From positions 805-64,804 of the forward strand of contig JAEXLC010000180.1 of NCBI GenBank assembly GCA_023445495.1: a stretch of 64,000 nucleotides of DNA, written 5' to 3'. The notes under the pieces were generated by a model. The model saw only the letters and a list, made by a program, of their open reading frames with translations. It made no database searches and had not been told where the DNA came from. Shown one piece after another: positions 55,094 to 64,000 of this stretch (position 1 is the stretch's first letter; each line of letters opens with the position of its first letter). This DNA is from Pseudomonadota bacterium. Lineage in GTDB: Bacteria > Pseudomonadota > Alphaproteobacteria > Sphingomonadales > Sphingomonadaceae. Both the position numbers and the translations under genes were made by a program.

Positions 55094-57475
55094 CTAGGTG
55101 ATCCAGCTGCTGATCGGGTCAAACACCCACTGGCCCTTCACCAACCGCAGGCGATAGGTTCCGCCGGTCCAGCCGGCGGACCAGACGACATAGCCGCGAT
55201 CGCGCGCACGGTTGTAGAGGATGCGCGGCAGCGAGACCGTGCGGAAATCGGGCGTGCGGCGCTGAAGCGCCTCGATGTCCTTCTTCCCATAGACGATCAT
55301 CAGGCGGTCGAGATGCAGGCAGGCGAAGTCCGCCGGATTGCCCTCTACCAGGATCGGCCGCTCAAGGCTGATCGAGGCTGGCCGGCCGAGCGCGCCCATC
55401 AGATTGTCCGGCGGATTGTCGATCGGGGTGACGCGCGCTTCGCTCGGCATCTCGAAGATCGTGCGCAGCAACGCCTGGACCGCAAGCTGCTCCGGTGTGG
55501 GCTGCGCGCGGCAAACGCCTGGCGCCTCGCTGCCGACGACAAAGGGCGTGCCACCCTCGCGCGGCGCGGCGTCGATCAGGAGGTGCTGCGCAACAACGTC
55601 GGCGATGCCATCGCCATTGGTGTCGCGGCGCAGATCGGCGAGCGGGAGCCTGACGTAGAGGTCCTTCTCGCTTTTGCGGGTGCGCGTGCCGATCGGTGGA
55701 TAGGTGATCGACGCGGTATCGAGCAAAGACACCTCGACCTCGAGGTTGAGTGTGTCTCCGTCGCGCAGCGGCATGCGCGAGCTTCCCGGCACGACATAGG
55801 GAAAGGCCTGGGCAAGGCCGGTGTAGAGCGGTGCCTGCCAGTGCTTGCCGCCATCGTCCGAAAGATGGACCCAATAGCCGCCGCCGGTCACCTCGCCGGT
55901 GGGATCGAGATTCTGCGAGATGCTGATGGCGGTGACTTGCTGGCCGCTGCGGTCGAGGCGGACCGGCATGTAACCCTCGGGGAGTTGTGCGATCCCCTTG
56001 GGCCAGCTTGCCGCCTCGGGGCGGGGCCCCCGGTAGGTGGCGGGAAGCGGCTGGGCGATGAAGGGAGGCTCGGGATCGATCGAGGCGCGGTTGGTCCGCA
56101 CTGCCGGTTTCGTCGATCCTCCGAAGGCCGTGAGCGCGGCGCGCAGATCGGTGCGCATCCCGGCCAGACCGGGCAGCGCGAGGCGATCGATCGCCGCCAG
56201 CGCTCGCGCCCCTGTCTCCGGCTGGAAGGCGTGGCGATCCTCAACCGCCGCCATCCGCTGGTTCCGCCGCGCATCGTCGCAGATCTCGGAATATTGCGGA
56301 TCGGCGAAGAGCCGGCATTCGACTTCGGCCAGCGCTACGGGCAGCTGACGAAAGCCGCCGCTGCCAAAGGCATATTCGGCGGCGAGATAGGGATCGTCTC
56401 CCCGGCGGTTGAGATAGAAGTCGAGGATCAGCAGCGCGGCGTTGCCATCGTGCTGGGCGCATCGTTCTTCGGGGGACGGGGTTTCGCGGCATTTCAGGTT
56501 ACGGCGCGCCGCCTCCAGTGCGGAGGAAGCGATCAGGCTGCGTGCCTCCGCGTCACGGCCGGCCGCGGCATAGCCGGCGGCCAGGGCAATACGCAGCGCG
56601 TCGTCGGGCCTGTCGCCGTCCAGCGAGACTTCGAGGCCATCGACCTGGATCGTCACGGCGGGGCGATCGGGCCGCAGGGCGGCTGCGCGTATTTCGGACG
56701 GGAGGGAGTCGAGCAGCGCGATGCCGCGATCGGAGAGGCCGGCGTTGAACAGTCCCAGCGCATAGTCTCGGGCGAACAGGGCGTGGGCGGTGCTGCGATC
56801 CTTCTCGGCGACATGCGCCAGCCCGGCCGGGCTCGCCAGCCAGGCGAGGAGCGGCAGCTGATCGCCCGGCGCGGTGACGCCGCCATAATTTGCCTGGCGG
56901 ACAAGGAACGGAACGCCGCGATCTGGCGCCGCCGCCATCGCACGGGCGAAATTCTCGGTACAGGTCGCGCTGTTGGCAATCCGCCAGGCGTCGCCGGCAA
57001 TGTCCGTGCTGCCCTGGATCAACGCGTCGAAATTCGCGGCGGGGCAGTCTCCCAGCGCGCCGTCCGCGAGCATGTCCAGGCCCTCCGCCACGATCTGCAC
57101 GACCAGCGGGTCGCGACCGGAGGCGGGCACTTGCGCGAGGAAGCGGCTGCGCACCGCCGCGATGCGGGAGGGATCCGGACGCGGCTCATATCGATGGACC
57201 TTCGCGTCGATCCAGAGCGACACCAGCGCGCGCATCACCTCGGGCTTGATGCCATAGGTTGCGGCGAGCCCGGCAGCGGCGCGATCGATGTTTCCGGCCT
57301 GCAACGCCTTTTTGAGATCGGCTTCCCAGGCGGCGATGCGGCCGAGGGGATAGGTCCGCTCCCCAAGCCGGTCTTGGGCATATTCGCGAATCTGCGCGGC
57401 GGTGGGATCGGGGGGCGGGGCGCTTGCGACGAGCAGCGATCCGGCGAGCAAGCCGATGGTCCATTTACTCCGCAT
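55094..57475 (-). CDS. large secreted hypothetical protein
   Basis: 793 aa with a signal peptide. One Asp-box-like SDDGGKHW and one DTNGDGIAD calcium-loop-like motif. SD GGGAGGGG. Confidence 0.75.
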   Translation of the reverse strand: MRSKWTIGLLAGSLLVASAPPPDPTAAQIREYAQDRLGERTYPLGRIAAWEADLKKALQAGNIDRAAAGLAATYGIKPEVMRALVSLWIDAKVHRYEPRPDPSRIAAVRSRFLAQVPASGRDPLVVQIVAEGLDMLADGALGDCPAANFDALIQGSTDIAGDAWRIANSATCTENFARAMAAAPDRGVPFLVRQANYGGVTAPGDQLPLLAWLASPAGLAHVAEKDRSTAHALFARDYALGLFNAGLSDRGIALLDSLPSEIRAAALRPDRPAVTIQVDGLEVSLDGDRPDDALRIALAAGYAAAGRDAEARSLIASSALEAARRNLKCRETPSPEERCAQHDGNAALLILDFYLNRRGDDPYLAAEYAFGSGGFRQLPVALAEVECRLFADPQYSEICDDARRNQRMAAVEDRHAFQPETGARALAAIDRLALPGLAGMRTDLRAALTAFGGSTKPAVRTNRASIDPEPPFIAQPLPATYRGPRPEAASWPKGIAQLPEGYMPVRLDRSGQQVTAISISQNLDPTGEVTGGGYWVHLSDDGGKHWQAPLYTGLAQAFPYVVPGSSRMPLRDGDTLNLEVEVSLLDTASITYPPIGTRTRKSEKDLYVRLPLADLRRDTNGDGIADVVAQHLLIDAAPREGGTPFVVGSEAPGVCRAQPTPEQLAVQALLRTIFEMPSEARVTPIDNPPDNLMGALGRPASISLERPILVEGNPADFACLHLDRLMIVYGKKDIEALQRRTPDFRTVSLPRILYNRARDRGYVVWSAGWTGGTYRLRLVKGQWVFDPISSWIT

Positions 57476-57484
57476 GATTCCCCT

Positions 57485-57523
57485 CCCGAACCAACTTGAT
57501 ACAATGTATCATGCAGGTTCGGG
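57485..57523. promoter_or_regulatory. nested palindrome CCCGAACC-N23-GGTTCGGG enclosing TGATAC-AAT-GTATCA
   Basis: Lies between the rimO stop (57532) and the RBS/ATG of the 793-aa gene (57475). Confidence 0.5.
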
Positions 57524-57531
57524 AGCGGCGG

Positions 57532-58866
57532 TCAAGCGTCGAGCGGTACCCCGTAGAGGTCATGCTCGTCGGCGTCCTCGATCTCGACCATGACGATGTC
57601 GCCCTGCTCGAGATGGCCGGCGTCGCGCAGGAACACCTCGCCGTCGATCTCCGGCGCATCGGCCTGGCTGCGGCCCGTGGCGCCGCCTTCCTCGCCGACC
57701 TCGTCGATGATCACCTCGAGCGTGCGGCCGATCTTGGCCTGGAGCTTGGCCGCGCTGATCGCCGCGGTCTTCTCCATGATCCGTGCGTAGCGCTCTTCCT
57801 TGACCTCTTCCGGCACGGCGCCGGGCAGATCATTGGCAGCTGCGCCTTCGACCGGCTCGAAGCGGAACGCGCCGACGCGGTCGAGCTGGGCTTCGTCGAG
57901 CCAGTCGAGCAGATACTGGAAGTCTTCCTCGGTCTCGCCCGGGAAGCCGACCACGAAAGTCGAGCGGATGGTGAGGTCCGGCGCGATCTCGCGCCACTTC
58001 TTCAGACGCTCGAGCACCTTCGCTTCGTTGGCCGGGCGCTTCATCGAACGCAGCACCGATGGTGAGGCATGCTGGAACGGGATGTCGAGATAGGGGAGGA
58101 TCAGCCCCTCGGCCATCAGCGGGATGACCTGGTCGACATGCGGATAGGGATAGACATAGTGGAGCCGCACCCAGGGCGCGATCTTGCCGAGCTCACGCGC
58201 CAGGTCGGTCATGTGCGGCACGACCTCGCCGCCCTTCCACGGGCGCGGCTGCTTGCGGATATCGACGCCGTACGCCGAGGTGTCCTGGCTGATGACCAGC
58301 AGTTCCTTGGTCCCCGCCTCGACCAGCTTCTCCGCCTCGCGCAGGATCGCGTCGGGCCGGCGGCTGACCAGGTCGCCGCGCAGCGCCGGGATGATGCAGA
58401 AAGAGCAGCGGTGGTTGCAGCCCTCCGAGATCTTCAGATAGCTGTAGTGGCGCGGGGTTAGCTTCAACCCGGCATCGGGCACCAGGTTGACGAAGGGCGA
58501 GGGCGGCATCGGCGCCGCCTCATGCACCGCGCCGACCACTTCCTCATATTGATGCGCGCCGGTGACCGCGAGCACGTTCGGGAAGCGGGCGCGGATGACT
58601 TCGGCTTCCTTGCCCATGCAGCCGGTGACGATGACGCGGCCATTCTCCGCGATCGCCTCGCCGATCGCCTCGAGCGATTCTTCCTTCGCCGAGTCGAGGA
58701 ATCCGCAGGTGTTGACCAGCACGACGTCGGCCCCGGCATAGTCGGGGGACATCGCATAACCGTCGCTGCGCAGCTTGGTGAGGATCCGCTCGCTGTCGAC
58801 CAGGTTCTTGGGACAGCCGAGCGACACCATGCCCACGCGGGGCGCCTCGGGAAGTTTAGTTGCCAT
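57532..58866 (-). CDS. rimO: ribosomal protein S12 methylthiotransferase RimO
   Basis: 444 aa with N-terminal Cys triad (SLGCPKN), radical-SAM CNHRCSFC and a C-terminal TRAM domain. Confidence 0.95.
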   Translation of the reverse strand: MATKLPEAPRVGMVSLGCPKNLVDSERILTKLRSDGYAMSPDYAGADVVLVNTCGFLDSAKEESLEAIGEAIAENGRVIVTGCMGKEAEVIRARFPNVLAVTGAHQYEEVVGAVHEAAPMPPSPFVNLVPDAGLKLTPRHYSYLKISEGCNHRCSFCIIPALRGDLVSRRPDAILREAEKLVEAGTKELLVISQDTSAYGVDIRKQPRPWKGGEVVPHMTDLARELGKIAPWVRLHYVYPYPHVDQVIPLMAEGLILPYLDIPFQHASPSVLRSMKRPANEAKVLERLKKWREIAPDLTIRSTFVVGFPGETEEDFQYLLDWLDEAQLDRVGAFRFEPVEGAAANDLPGAVPEEVKEERYARIMEKTAAISAAKLQAKIGRTLEVIIDEVGEEGGATGRSQADAPEIDGEVFLRDAGHLEQGDIVMVEIEDADEHDLYGVPLDA

Positions 58867-59026
58867 GATTGGCGGGCGACATAGGCTTTTTCGGCGAAAA
58901 ATCTAGGCCGGGGCTTTTCCGGGGGCAAGTTTGACCGCCGACAAGGTGCGCGCAGCCGCTTGCGGGCATGGAAGATCGGGCGCCGCGCCCCATATCCGCG
59001 GCACCGGTATTTGCGAGGAGGTTTCG

Positions 59027-59539
59027 ATGGCTGCAGAGCTTGCGGAAGGCACGACACTCACCACGCGCTCGGGCGTGACGCTCGACGTTCGCCCTGCCAC
59101 CCCGGCGGACGAAACCGCGTTGCGCGACCTGTTCGAGACGGTTTCGAGCGATGACCGCCGCTTCCGTTTCCTCACCGCCTGCGACCAGCTGTCCAACGCC
59201 CAGATCGCGGCGATGACCCAGGTCGATCACTGGCAGACCGACAGCTTCCTGGCCTTCGTCGATGGCGAGCTGGTGGCGAGCGCGGTGCTGGCCTGCGACA
59301 AGCCGATGACCAGCGCCGAGGTGGCGATCTCGATCCGCTCGGACCGCAAGGCGCAGGGCATCGGCTGGTCGCTGCTCGATTACCTCACCGACGAGGCCGA
59401 GCGGCGCGGGGTGAAGACCGTGATGTCGATCGAGAGCCGCGAGAACCACACCGCGATTTCGCTGGAGCGCGAGATGGGCTTCGAGGCGCGGCCAGTGGAA
59501 GGCGATTCGACGCTAGTGCTACTGGAGCGGCGGTTCTAG
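59027..59539 (+). CDS. GNAT family N-acetyltransferase
   Basis: 170 aa with an acetyl-CoA binding region RKAQGIGWSLL. SD GAGGAGG precedes the ATG. Confidence 0.85.
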   Translation: MAAELAEGTTLTTRSGVTLDVRPATPADETALRDLFETVSSDDRRFRFLTACDQLSNAQIAAMTQVDHWQTDSFLAFVDGELVASAVLACDKPMTSAEVAISIRSDRKAQGIGWSLLDYLTDEAERRGVKTVMSIESRENHTAISLEREMGFEARPVEGDSTLVLLERRF

Positions 59540-59598
59540 CCAGCGGGGCCGACAAGGCGTAGCTTCACACCCCTGCAACTAAACAGGGGAGAGGCGAG

Positions 59599-60003
59599 AT
59601 GCAGATTCACTGGCTGGCGATCCTCGCCGCGGCGGTGGCGGGCTTTGTAGTGGGCGGGCTCTGGTATGGGCCGCTGTTCGGCAAGGCCTGGATGCAGGCA
59701 CGCGGGCTGAGCGAGGAGGAGCTCAAGTCCGGCGCGAACATGGGCAGGATCTTCGGCGCGACCTTCGTGCTGAATCTGATCGCGGCCTTCGCGCTCGATC
59801 ACCTCTACAACACCTATGACACGCATGTGGGGCTGCATCATTCGCTGGTGATCGCCGGGATCATCGGGGTGGGCTTCATCGCCACTTCGGTGGGGGTGAA
59901 CTATCTGTTCTCGCGCCTGCCGCGCGCGCTGTTCCTGATCGACGCGGGATACTGGATCGTGATGTACTTGGTGATGGGCGCGATCTTCGGGGTGATGGTC
60001 TGA
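59599..60003 (+). CDS. DUF1761 family membrane protein
   Basis: 134 aa, 4 TM helices. N-terminus MQIHWLAILAAAVAGFVVGGLWYGPLFGKAW is typical of the family. Confidence 0.75.
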   Translation: MQIHWLAILAAAVAGFVVGGLWYGPLFGKAWMQARGLSEEELKSGANMGRIFGATFVLNLIAAFALDHLYNTYDTHVGLHHSLVIAGIIGVGFIATSVGVNYLFSRLPRALFLIDAGYWIVMYLVMGAIFGVMV

Positions 60004-60026
60004 AGCCTGCCCTGCGTTTGAGTTTC

Positions 60027-60146
60027 CTTCGTCACCCCGGCCTTGTGCCGGGGCGGGGTCCACGGTGCCAAACGCTTTGTCCCGAGAGCCTCTTGTCTAG
60101 GACGAGCCTCCCGGTGCACCCCGGCACAAGGCCGGGGTGACGGAAG
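60027..60146. repeat. family B-like element with about 27-nt terminal inverted repeats
   Basis: CTTCGTCACCCCGGCCTTGTGCCGGGG ... CCCCGGCACAAGGCCGGGGTGACGGAAG. Each arm contains a CCCGGC/GCCGGG hairpin. Confidence 0.8.
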
Positions 60147-60160
60147 AGTGGTTTCGCCCG

Positions 60161-60517
60161 TTACGCAGGTGCCTTGAAGATGAACCAGGCGCCGGCCGCG
60201 ATCAGCGCGAAGCCGATCATGTGGTTCACCGTGATCTTCTGGCCCAGGTAGAGGATCGAGAAGCCGACAAAGACGGTAAGGGTGATGACTTCCTGCATCG
60301 CCTTCAGCTGCGCCGCCGAATAGACCGCGCTCCCCCAGCGATTGGCCGGTACCGCCAGGCAATATTCGACCAGCGCGATGCTCCAGCTCGCCAGGATGAC
60401 GAGCAGCAGCGGCGCGCTCTTGAACTTGAGATGCCCGTACCAGGCGATCGTCATGAAGAGGTTGGAGCCGATCAGCAGCAGGATCGGCAGGAGGCGGGCG
60501 AAGAGCATTTCGGACAT
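60161..60517 (-). CDS. small DMT-superfamily protein (DUF486-like)
   Basis: 118 aa, 4 TM helices, with NLFMTIAWYGHLKF. Confidence 0.8.
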   Translation of the reverse strand: MSEMLFARLLPILLLIGSNLFMTIAWYGHLKFKSAPLLLVILASWSIALVEYCLAVPANRWGSAVYSAAQLKAMQEVITLTVFVGFSILYLGQKITVNHMIGFALIAAGAWFIFKAPA

Positions 60518-60566
60518 GGCGCGACCTTGGCCGGGATGGCGTCGGGGTCAAGATGGCGGCGACCGC

Positions 60567-61340
60567 ATGTTGCGCCGGAACCGGAGCATCCGGCGTCGCC
60601 TTTGCGCTTGCCGGGTGCTAGTATCGACGTGCCCGATTGGCGAATGGGAGGCGCTGCCATTGGCTTGCAAGCTATGTGCATGGTTGTGCGGCCGGCTCTG
60701 CAGGGACTCTCACAATGCATTGTGGAGCCGGGTGCGGGCCTGGGAGCGGGATGCATCCAACGACCATGCGCTCTGGATGGAAGCACCGGCGGAGGATCGC
60801 GCGCGGGCTGACGCGGCGATTGACCTTTCCTCGCGTGATCGCGAAGCGGCCTTTCGCATATTTCTAGCTCTCGCCGAAGGCGGCATGCCCTGGGCGATGG
60901 AAACCGTCGCCGATCACTATGCGAGGGCCGCCGATTTCGATCGGGCGCGGGATTATTATTGCCGGGCGATCGAGAGCGGATCGTGGTTTGCGACGATCGG
61001 CTACGCCAAGTTGTTGTCCGAGCATGGCTATTTCGAGGACTGCGAGACGCTGTTGCGCGACGGGGTGGAGCAGGATTTCATCCCGGCCTTTTACTGGCTG
61101 GCGCGGTTTCGCCTGCAGCGATTGCCCGGCGGCAATACCCGCCGAGAGGTACGGCACCTGCTGGAGCATGCGGCTGAGGCCGGGCATGAGGGCGCCGAGC
61201 TCGCCCTGCTGCGGATGAAGGTGCGAGGGCAGCTGGGCCTCCGGGAAATAGCTGCCGGTTACCGCGAAGGTCGAAGGCTTGCGCGGCGACTGGTGGAGAC
61301 GGAGGAGCTGCCGTCCGGGCAGAGTCCGGCTTTGGGTTAG
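60567..61340 (+). CDS. Sel1/TPR-like repeat protein with Cys-rich N-terminus
   Basis: Repeated A-x-x-Y/W-x-x-A helical-hairpin units (AMETVADHYARAADFDRARDYYCRAIESG, AFYWLARF, LLEHAAEAGHEGAELAL). Start uncertain. Many T-ending codons. Confidence 0.6.
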   Translation: MLRRNRSIRRRLCACRVLVSTCPIGEWEALPLACKLCAWLCGRLCRDSHNALWSRVRAWERDASNDHALWMEAPAEDRARADAAIDLSSRDREAAFRIFLALAEGGMPWAMETVADHYARAADFDRARDYYCRAIESGSWFATIGYAKLLSEHGYFEDCETLLRDGVEQDFIPAFYWLARFRLQRLPGGNTRREVRHLLEHAAEAGHEGAELALLRMKVRGQLGLREIAAGYREGRRLARRLVETEELPSGQSPALG

Positions 61341-61364
61341 GTGGATCGGCGCCTTCTTCCGCTA

Positions 61365-61381
61365 CCTCCCTGAAAGGGAGG
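61365..61381. repeat. family C-like hairpin CCTCCCT-GAA-AGGGAGG
   Basis: Lies between the Sel1-like stop and the aac(3)-like start. Confidence 0.7.
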
Positions 61382-61454
61382 GGAATTGGGAAGATCGATC
61401 CGCTGCGGCACCCGGCCATGGCGCGGTGCGGGGCGACGTGGCATGCATCGCGGC

Positions 61455-62222
61455 ATGGAGACGATTTCGAAAGAGACGCTGGTCGGCCAGCTGCGCGAGC
61501 TCGGCGTGCGTGCGGGCGGGGTGTTGCTGGTCCATATGAGCTTCCGCGAGGTCCGGCCGGTCGAGGATGGGCCCGAGGGGCTGATCGCGGCGCTGGGCGA
61601 GGCGCTGGGACCGGAGGGGACGCTGGCCATGCCCTCGGCCACCGGCGACGACGAGACCGTCTTCGACCCGGCGACCACCGACAATCGCGACGACCTCGGG
61701 ATCGTCGCCGACCTTTTCTGGCGGATGCCGGGCGTGGTGCGCAGCTCGCATTTCGACGCGGTCTCGGCGCGCGGGCCCAGGGCGGAATGGATCACGGGCG
61801 GTCCGTTCGTGCTGCCGCCGGCGGCGCCGGAGAGCGCGATCGACCGGATACGGCAGGCAGGCGGGCAGGTGCTGCTGCTCGGGGTGGGGCATCATGCCAA
61901 CACGATGCTGCATCTGGCGGAGCTGGTCGGTGGGGCGCCCTATCGCAGCGACTTCCACTACATCGATGATGCGGGCCGCGAGGTCCACTATGGCGAGAAT
62001 GACAGCTGCTGCGAGAAGTTCGAGCTGGCGGAGGGCTGGCTGCGCGAGGCGGGGGCGTTGCGCGCTGGCCGGGTGGGGCATGCCGAGGCGCGGCTGATGG
62101 AGGCGGAGGATCTGGTACGGATCGCCGCGGCGAAAGTGAAGGCCGATCCGCTGGTGTTCCTCCACGGCGCCGAGGAGGGGTGCGAGGAGTGCGACGAGGC
62201 TCGGGAGAGCCTTGAAAGCTAG
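61455..62222 (+). CDS. aminoglycoside N(3)-acetyltransferase family protein
   Basis: 255 aa. LLVHMSFREV, LAMPSATGD and LLLGVGHHANTMLHLAE fit the AAC(3) fold family. Acidic, Cys-containing tail. Confidence 0.85.
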   Translation: METISKETLVGQLRELGVRAGGVLLVHMSFREVRPVEDGPEGLIAALGEALGPEGTLAMPSATGDDETVFDPATTDNRDDLGIVADLFWRMPGVVRSSHFDAVSARGPRAEWITGGPFVLPPAAPESAIDRIRQAGGQVLLLGVGHHANTMLHLAELVGGAPYRSDFHYIDDAGREVHYGENDSCCEKFELAEGWLREAGALRAGRVGHAEARLMEAEDLVRIAAAKVKADPLVFLHGAEEGCEECDEARESLES

Positions 62223-62241
62223 CGACCAGCACCTTCTTTCT

Positions 62242-62379
62242 CCCCTCCCTGCAAGGGAGGGGCCGGGCGTGGGTCGCGAGCGCAGCGAGCCCAGCCAATC
62301 GCTGATGAATAAAGAAAAGCCCGGGCATCGAGCCCGCCCTTTTCTAACCCACCCCTAACCCCTCCCTTGCAGGGAGGGG
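62242..62379. repeat. inverted pair of family C hairpins flanking an A-run/T-run stem
   Basis: The identical core CCCCTCCCTGCAAGGGAGGGG occurs at 62242-62262 and, inverted, at 62359-62379. Confidence 0.8.
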
Positions 62380-62395
62380 AATTGAGAAGAGAGGG

Positions 62396-63403
62396 TTACC
62401 GCGTCAGGATCTCGACGATCTCGTCGCCGGCTTCGAGTGCCTGCGCTTCCGGCGTCTCGTGGCTGTAGGGCTTGCCGGCGCGGTAGATGCGGACGCCAAG
62501 GCCTGTGGTGATCGCGGAGAGCGGCTTGCCGATTTCCTCCGGCCGGGCCTTGCGCTCGGACAGCTCGACCTCGCCGTGGAAGGAGGCGAGGTCGGTCAGA
62601 TAGTCGGAAAGATGCGGGCCCTGGCAGGAGCTAGCGAGCAGCAGCCCGGCGAAGCTCACCGGATTGACCACCGTCGTGGCGCCGGCGGCGCGGGCGGGCA
62701 GCTCGTTATCCTCGTTGCGCACGATCACGCTGATCGGAAGACCGGGAACGAGGTGGCGGGCGGTGAGGGTGATCAGGATCGACGTGTCGTCGCGGCCCGC
62801 GCAGACGATCATCGACTCGGCGGTGCCGATGCGGACGTCGTTCAGCACCTGGTCGCGGGTGGCATCGGCCTGGAGGACGATGCAGCCGCATTCCTTGGCG
62901 CGGGCGATATTGCCCTCATTCTGGTCGATCACGACGATGCTGCCGGGATCGCGCCCGCGCGCGATCAACTCGTCGACCGTCTCCGAGCCCGTGGTGCCAT
63001 AGCCGGCCACGATGACGTGGCGCGCAAGGTTCCGCTGGATCACTGCCATATGCCATTTGTCCCAGGTGCGCTTGAGCACGAAATTATAGGCGGTGCCGAG
63101 GAAGAGCAGCACCACGAAGACGCGGATCGGGGTGACGACGAACGCATCGAACATCCGCGCCGAATTGCTGACCGGCACGATGTCGCCATAGCCGGTGGTC
63201 GTCACCGAGATCGAGGTGAAATAGAGAATGTCGAGGAAGCTGACATGGCCGTCGGCCGTGTCCTTCAGGCCGTCGCGCTCGATCCAGTGGACGCCGACGG
63301 CAAGGGCGAGCAGCCCGACCACGGCAAGCACGCGCCAGCCGATCGAGGCCCAGACGGGCATGCTCGACTTGCGCTTGAGCGTGGCGGGAGGCTTGAGCGC
63401 CAT
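62396..63403 (-). CDS. potassium channel with RCK/TrkA domains
   Basis: Two TM helices plus a pore with selectivity filter TTGYGD. Rossmann-like VIVAGYGTTG and a TrkA-C-like end. Start set at MALKPP. Confidence 0.85.
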   Translation of the reverse strand: MALKPPATLKRKSSMPVWASIGWRVLAVVGLLALAVGVHWIERDGLKDTADGHVSFLDILYFTSISVTTTGYGDIVPVSNSARMFDAFVVTPIRVFVVLLFLGTAYNFVLKRTWDKWHMAVIQRNLARHVIVAGYGTTGSETVDELIARGRDPGSIVVIDQNEGNIARAKECGCIVLQADATRDQVLNDVRIGTAESMIVCAGRDDTSILITLTARHLVPGLPISVIVRNEDNELPARAAGATTVVNPVSFAGLLLASSCQGPHLSDYLTDLASFHGEVELSERKARPEEIGKPLSAITTGLGVRIYRAGKPYSHETPEAQALEAGDEIVEILTR

Positions 63404-63607
63404 CAGCGGGCGGACGGACCCGGTAGCGGATCGGCGGCATTGCCGTAGAACGCGATCATCCGGACCTTCTTCACTGGCAGGCCGCGGGCGGCCGGTCAGC
63501 GGGACCATACACGGTCATCAAACCGTGGCCATGGCGAATATGGCCGGGAGGGCGCTGCCGCTCCCGGGCCGAATGGGGGCGAGCTAGGCCCGCCCCCGAA
63601 ATGCGGC

Positions 63608-64000
63608 TCAGAGGCCGTCGACGCTCTTGCTGACCAGGATGTTCACCGCGACGCGGCGGTTCTGGGCCTTGCCCTCCGGCGTGTCGTTGCTGGCCAGCGG
63701 ATCGGCGGTGGCCATGCCGGTCGGCGTCAGCATGCGGTACGGCTTCCAGCCGCAGGCCTGCTGCAGATAGTTGATGACCTTGGCCGCGCGCTTCTCGCTG
63801 AGCGTCTGGTTGAGTTCCTCGCCGCCGGTCGAGTCGGTATAGCCGACCACCAGCATCAGCGCGTTCTCGGTCTGGTTGGCCTGGGTCGCGGTGCTGCAGA
63901 GCTGCGCCTTGTCCTGCGCCGAGATGTCGGCACGGCCCACATCGAAGTGCACATTGGTGGTGCTCTTGATGTTGTACTTGTCGATATCGCCCATGCGGCC
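63608..64000 (-). CDS. OmpA-family peptidoglycan-binding protein (5' end beyond the window)
   Basis: OmpA C-like motifs: LVVGYTDSTGGEELNQTLSEKRA and NRRVAVNI. Confidence 0.8.
   Translation of the reverse strand, partial: GRMGDIDKYNIKSTTNVHFDVGRADISAQDKAQLCSTATQANQTENALMLVVGYTDSTGGEELNQTLSEKRAAKVINYLQQACGWKPYRMLTPTGMATADPLASNDTPEGKAQNRRVAVNILVSKSVDGL

Noticed and set aside
62311-62346. Bidirectional intrinsic terminator between the aac(3)-like and K+-channel genes (AAAGAAAAG-CCGGGC-ATCGA-GCCCG-CCCTTTTCT).
   Set aside because: The stem is only about 5 bp with mismatches beyond it, which is too weak to call. The flanking family C hairpins are the more obvious structures.
30907-62379. Recurrent identical hairpins, considered as a CRISPR-like array.
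   Set aside because: The copies are dispersed tens of kilobases apart or occur as an inverted pair. They are not direct repeats with regular unique spacers, and no cas genes are present.

Overview
High-GC, sphingomonad-like alphaproteobacterial chromosome segment (taxonomy inferred from gene content and repeat families). It is densely packed with housekeeping genes: recG, tyrS, gltA, gltX, comEC, lexA, moeA, moaC, trpC/D/G/E, tpiA, rimO, a PQQ dehydrogenase, an M17 peptidase and a ppiD-like chaperone. No rRNA, tRNA, CRISPR array, transposase or integrase was seen. The ORF track accepts ATG, GTG and TTG starts, so several starts were re-placed on Shine-Dalgarno and homology grounds. Most long antisense ORFs are GC-driven shadow frames. 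The most interesting stretch is about 7.9 kb (23.0-30.9 kb) lying between moeA-lexA and trpDC-moaC. It holds a flavin amine-oxidase gene coupled to a 336-aa unknown, an apparently frameshifted beta-helix gene with a perfect alphaproteobacterial SOS box in its promoter, a triple-PilZ protein and a 0.6-kb orphan tract. Other leads: an RHH-TM-4xEF-hand protein, a histidine kinase with no phospho-acceptor His, an esterase-fold protein with no nucleophile Ser, and a tandem-domain 202-aa protein next to an AT-rich region with two 15-bp palindromes. There is also a secreted hydrolase operon and three families of nested-palindrome repeats, including three exactly 86-nt copies. All functional calls rest on motif recognition by eye and need database or structural confirmation.
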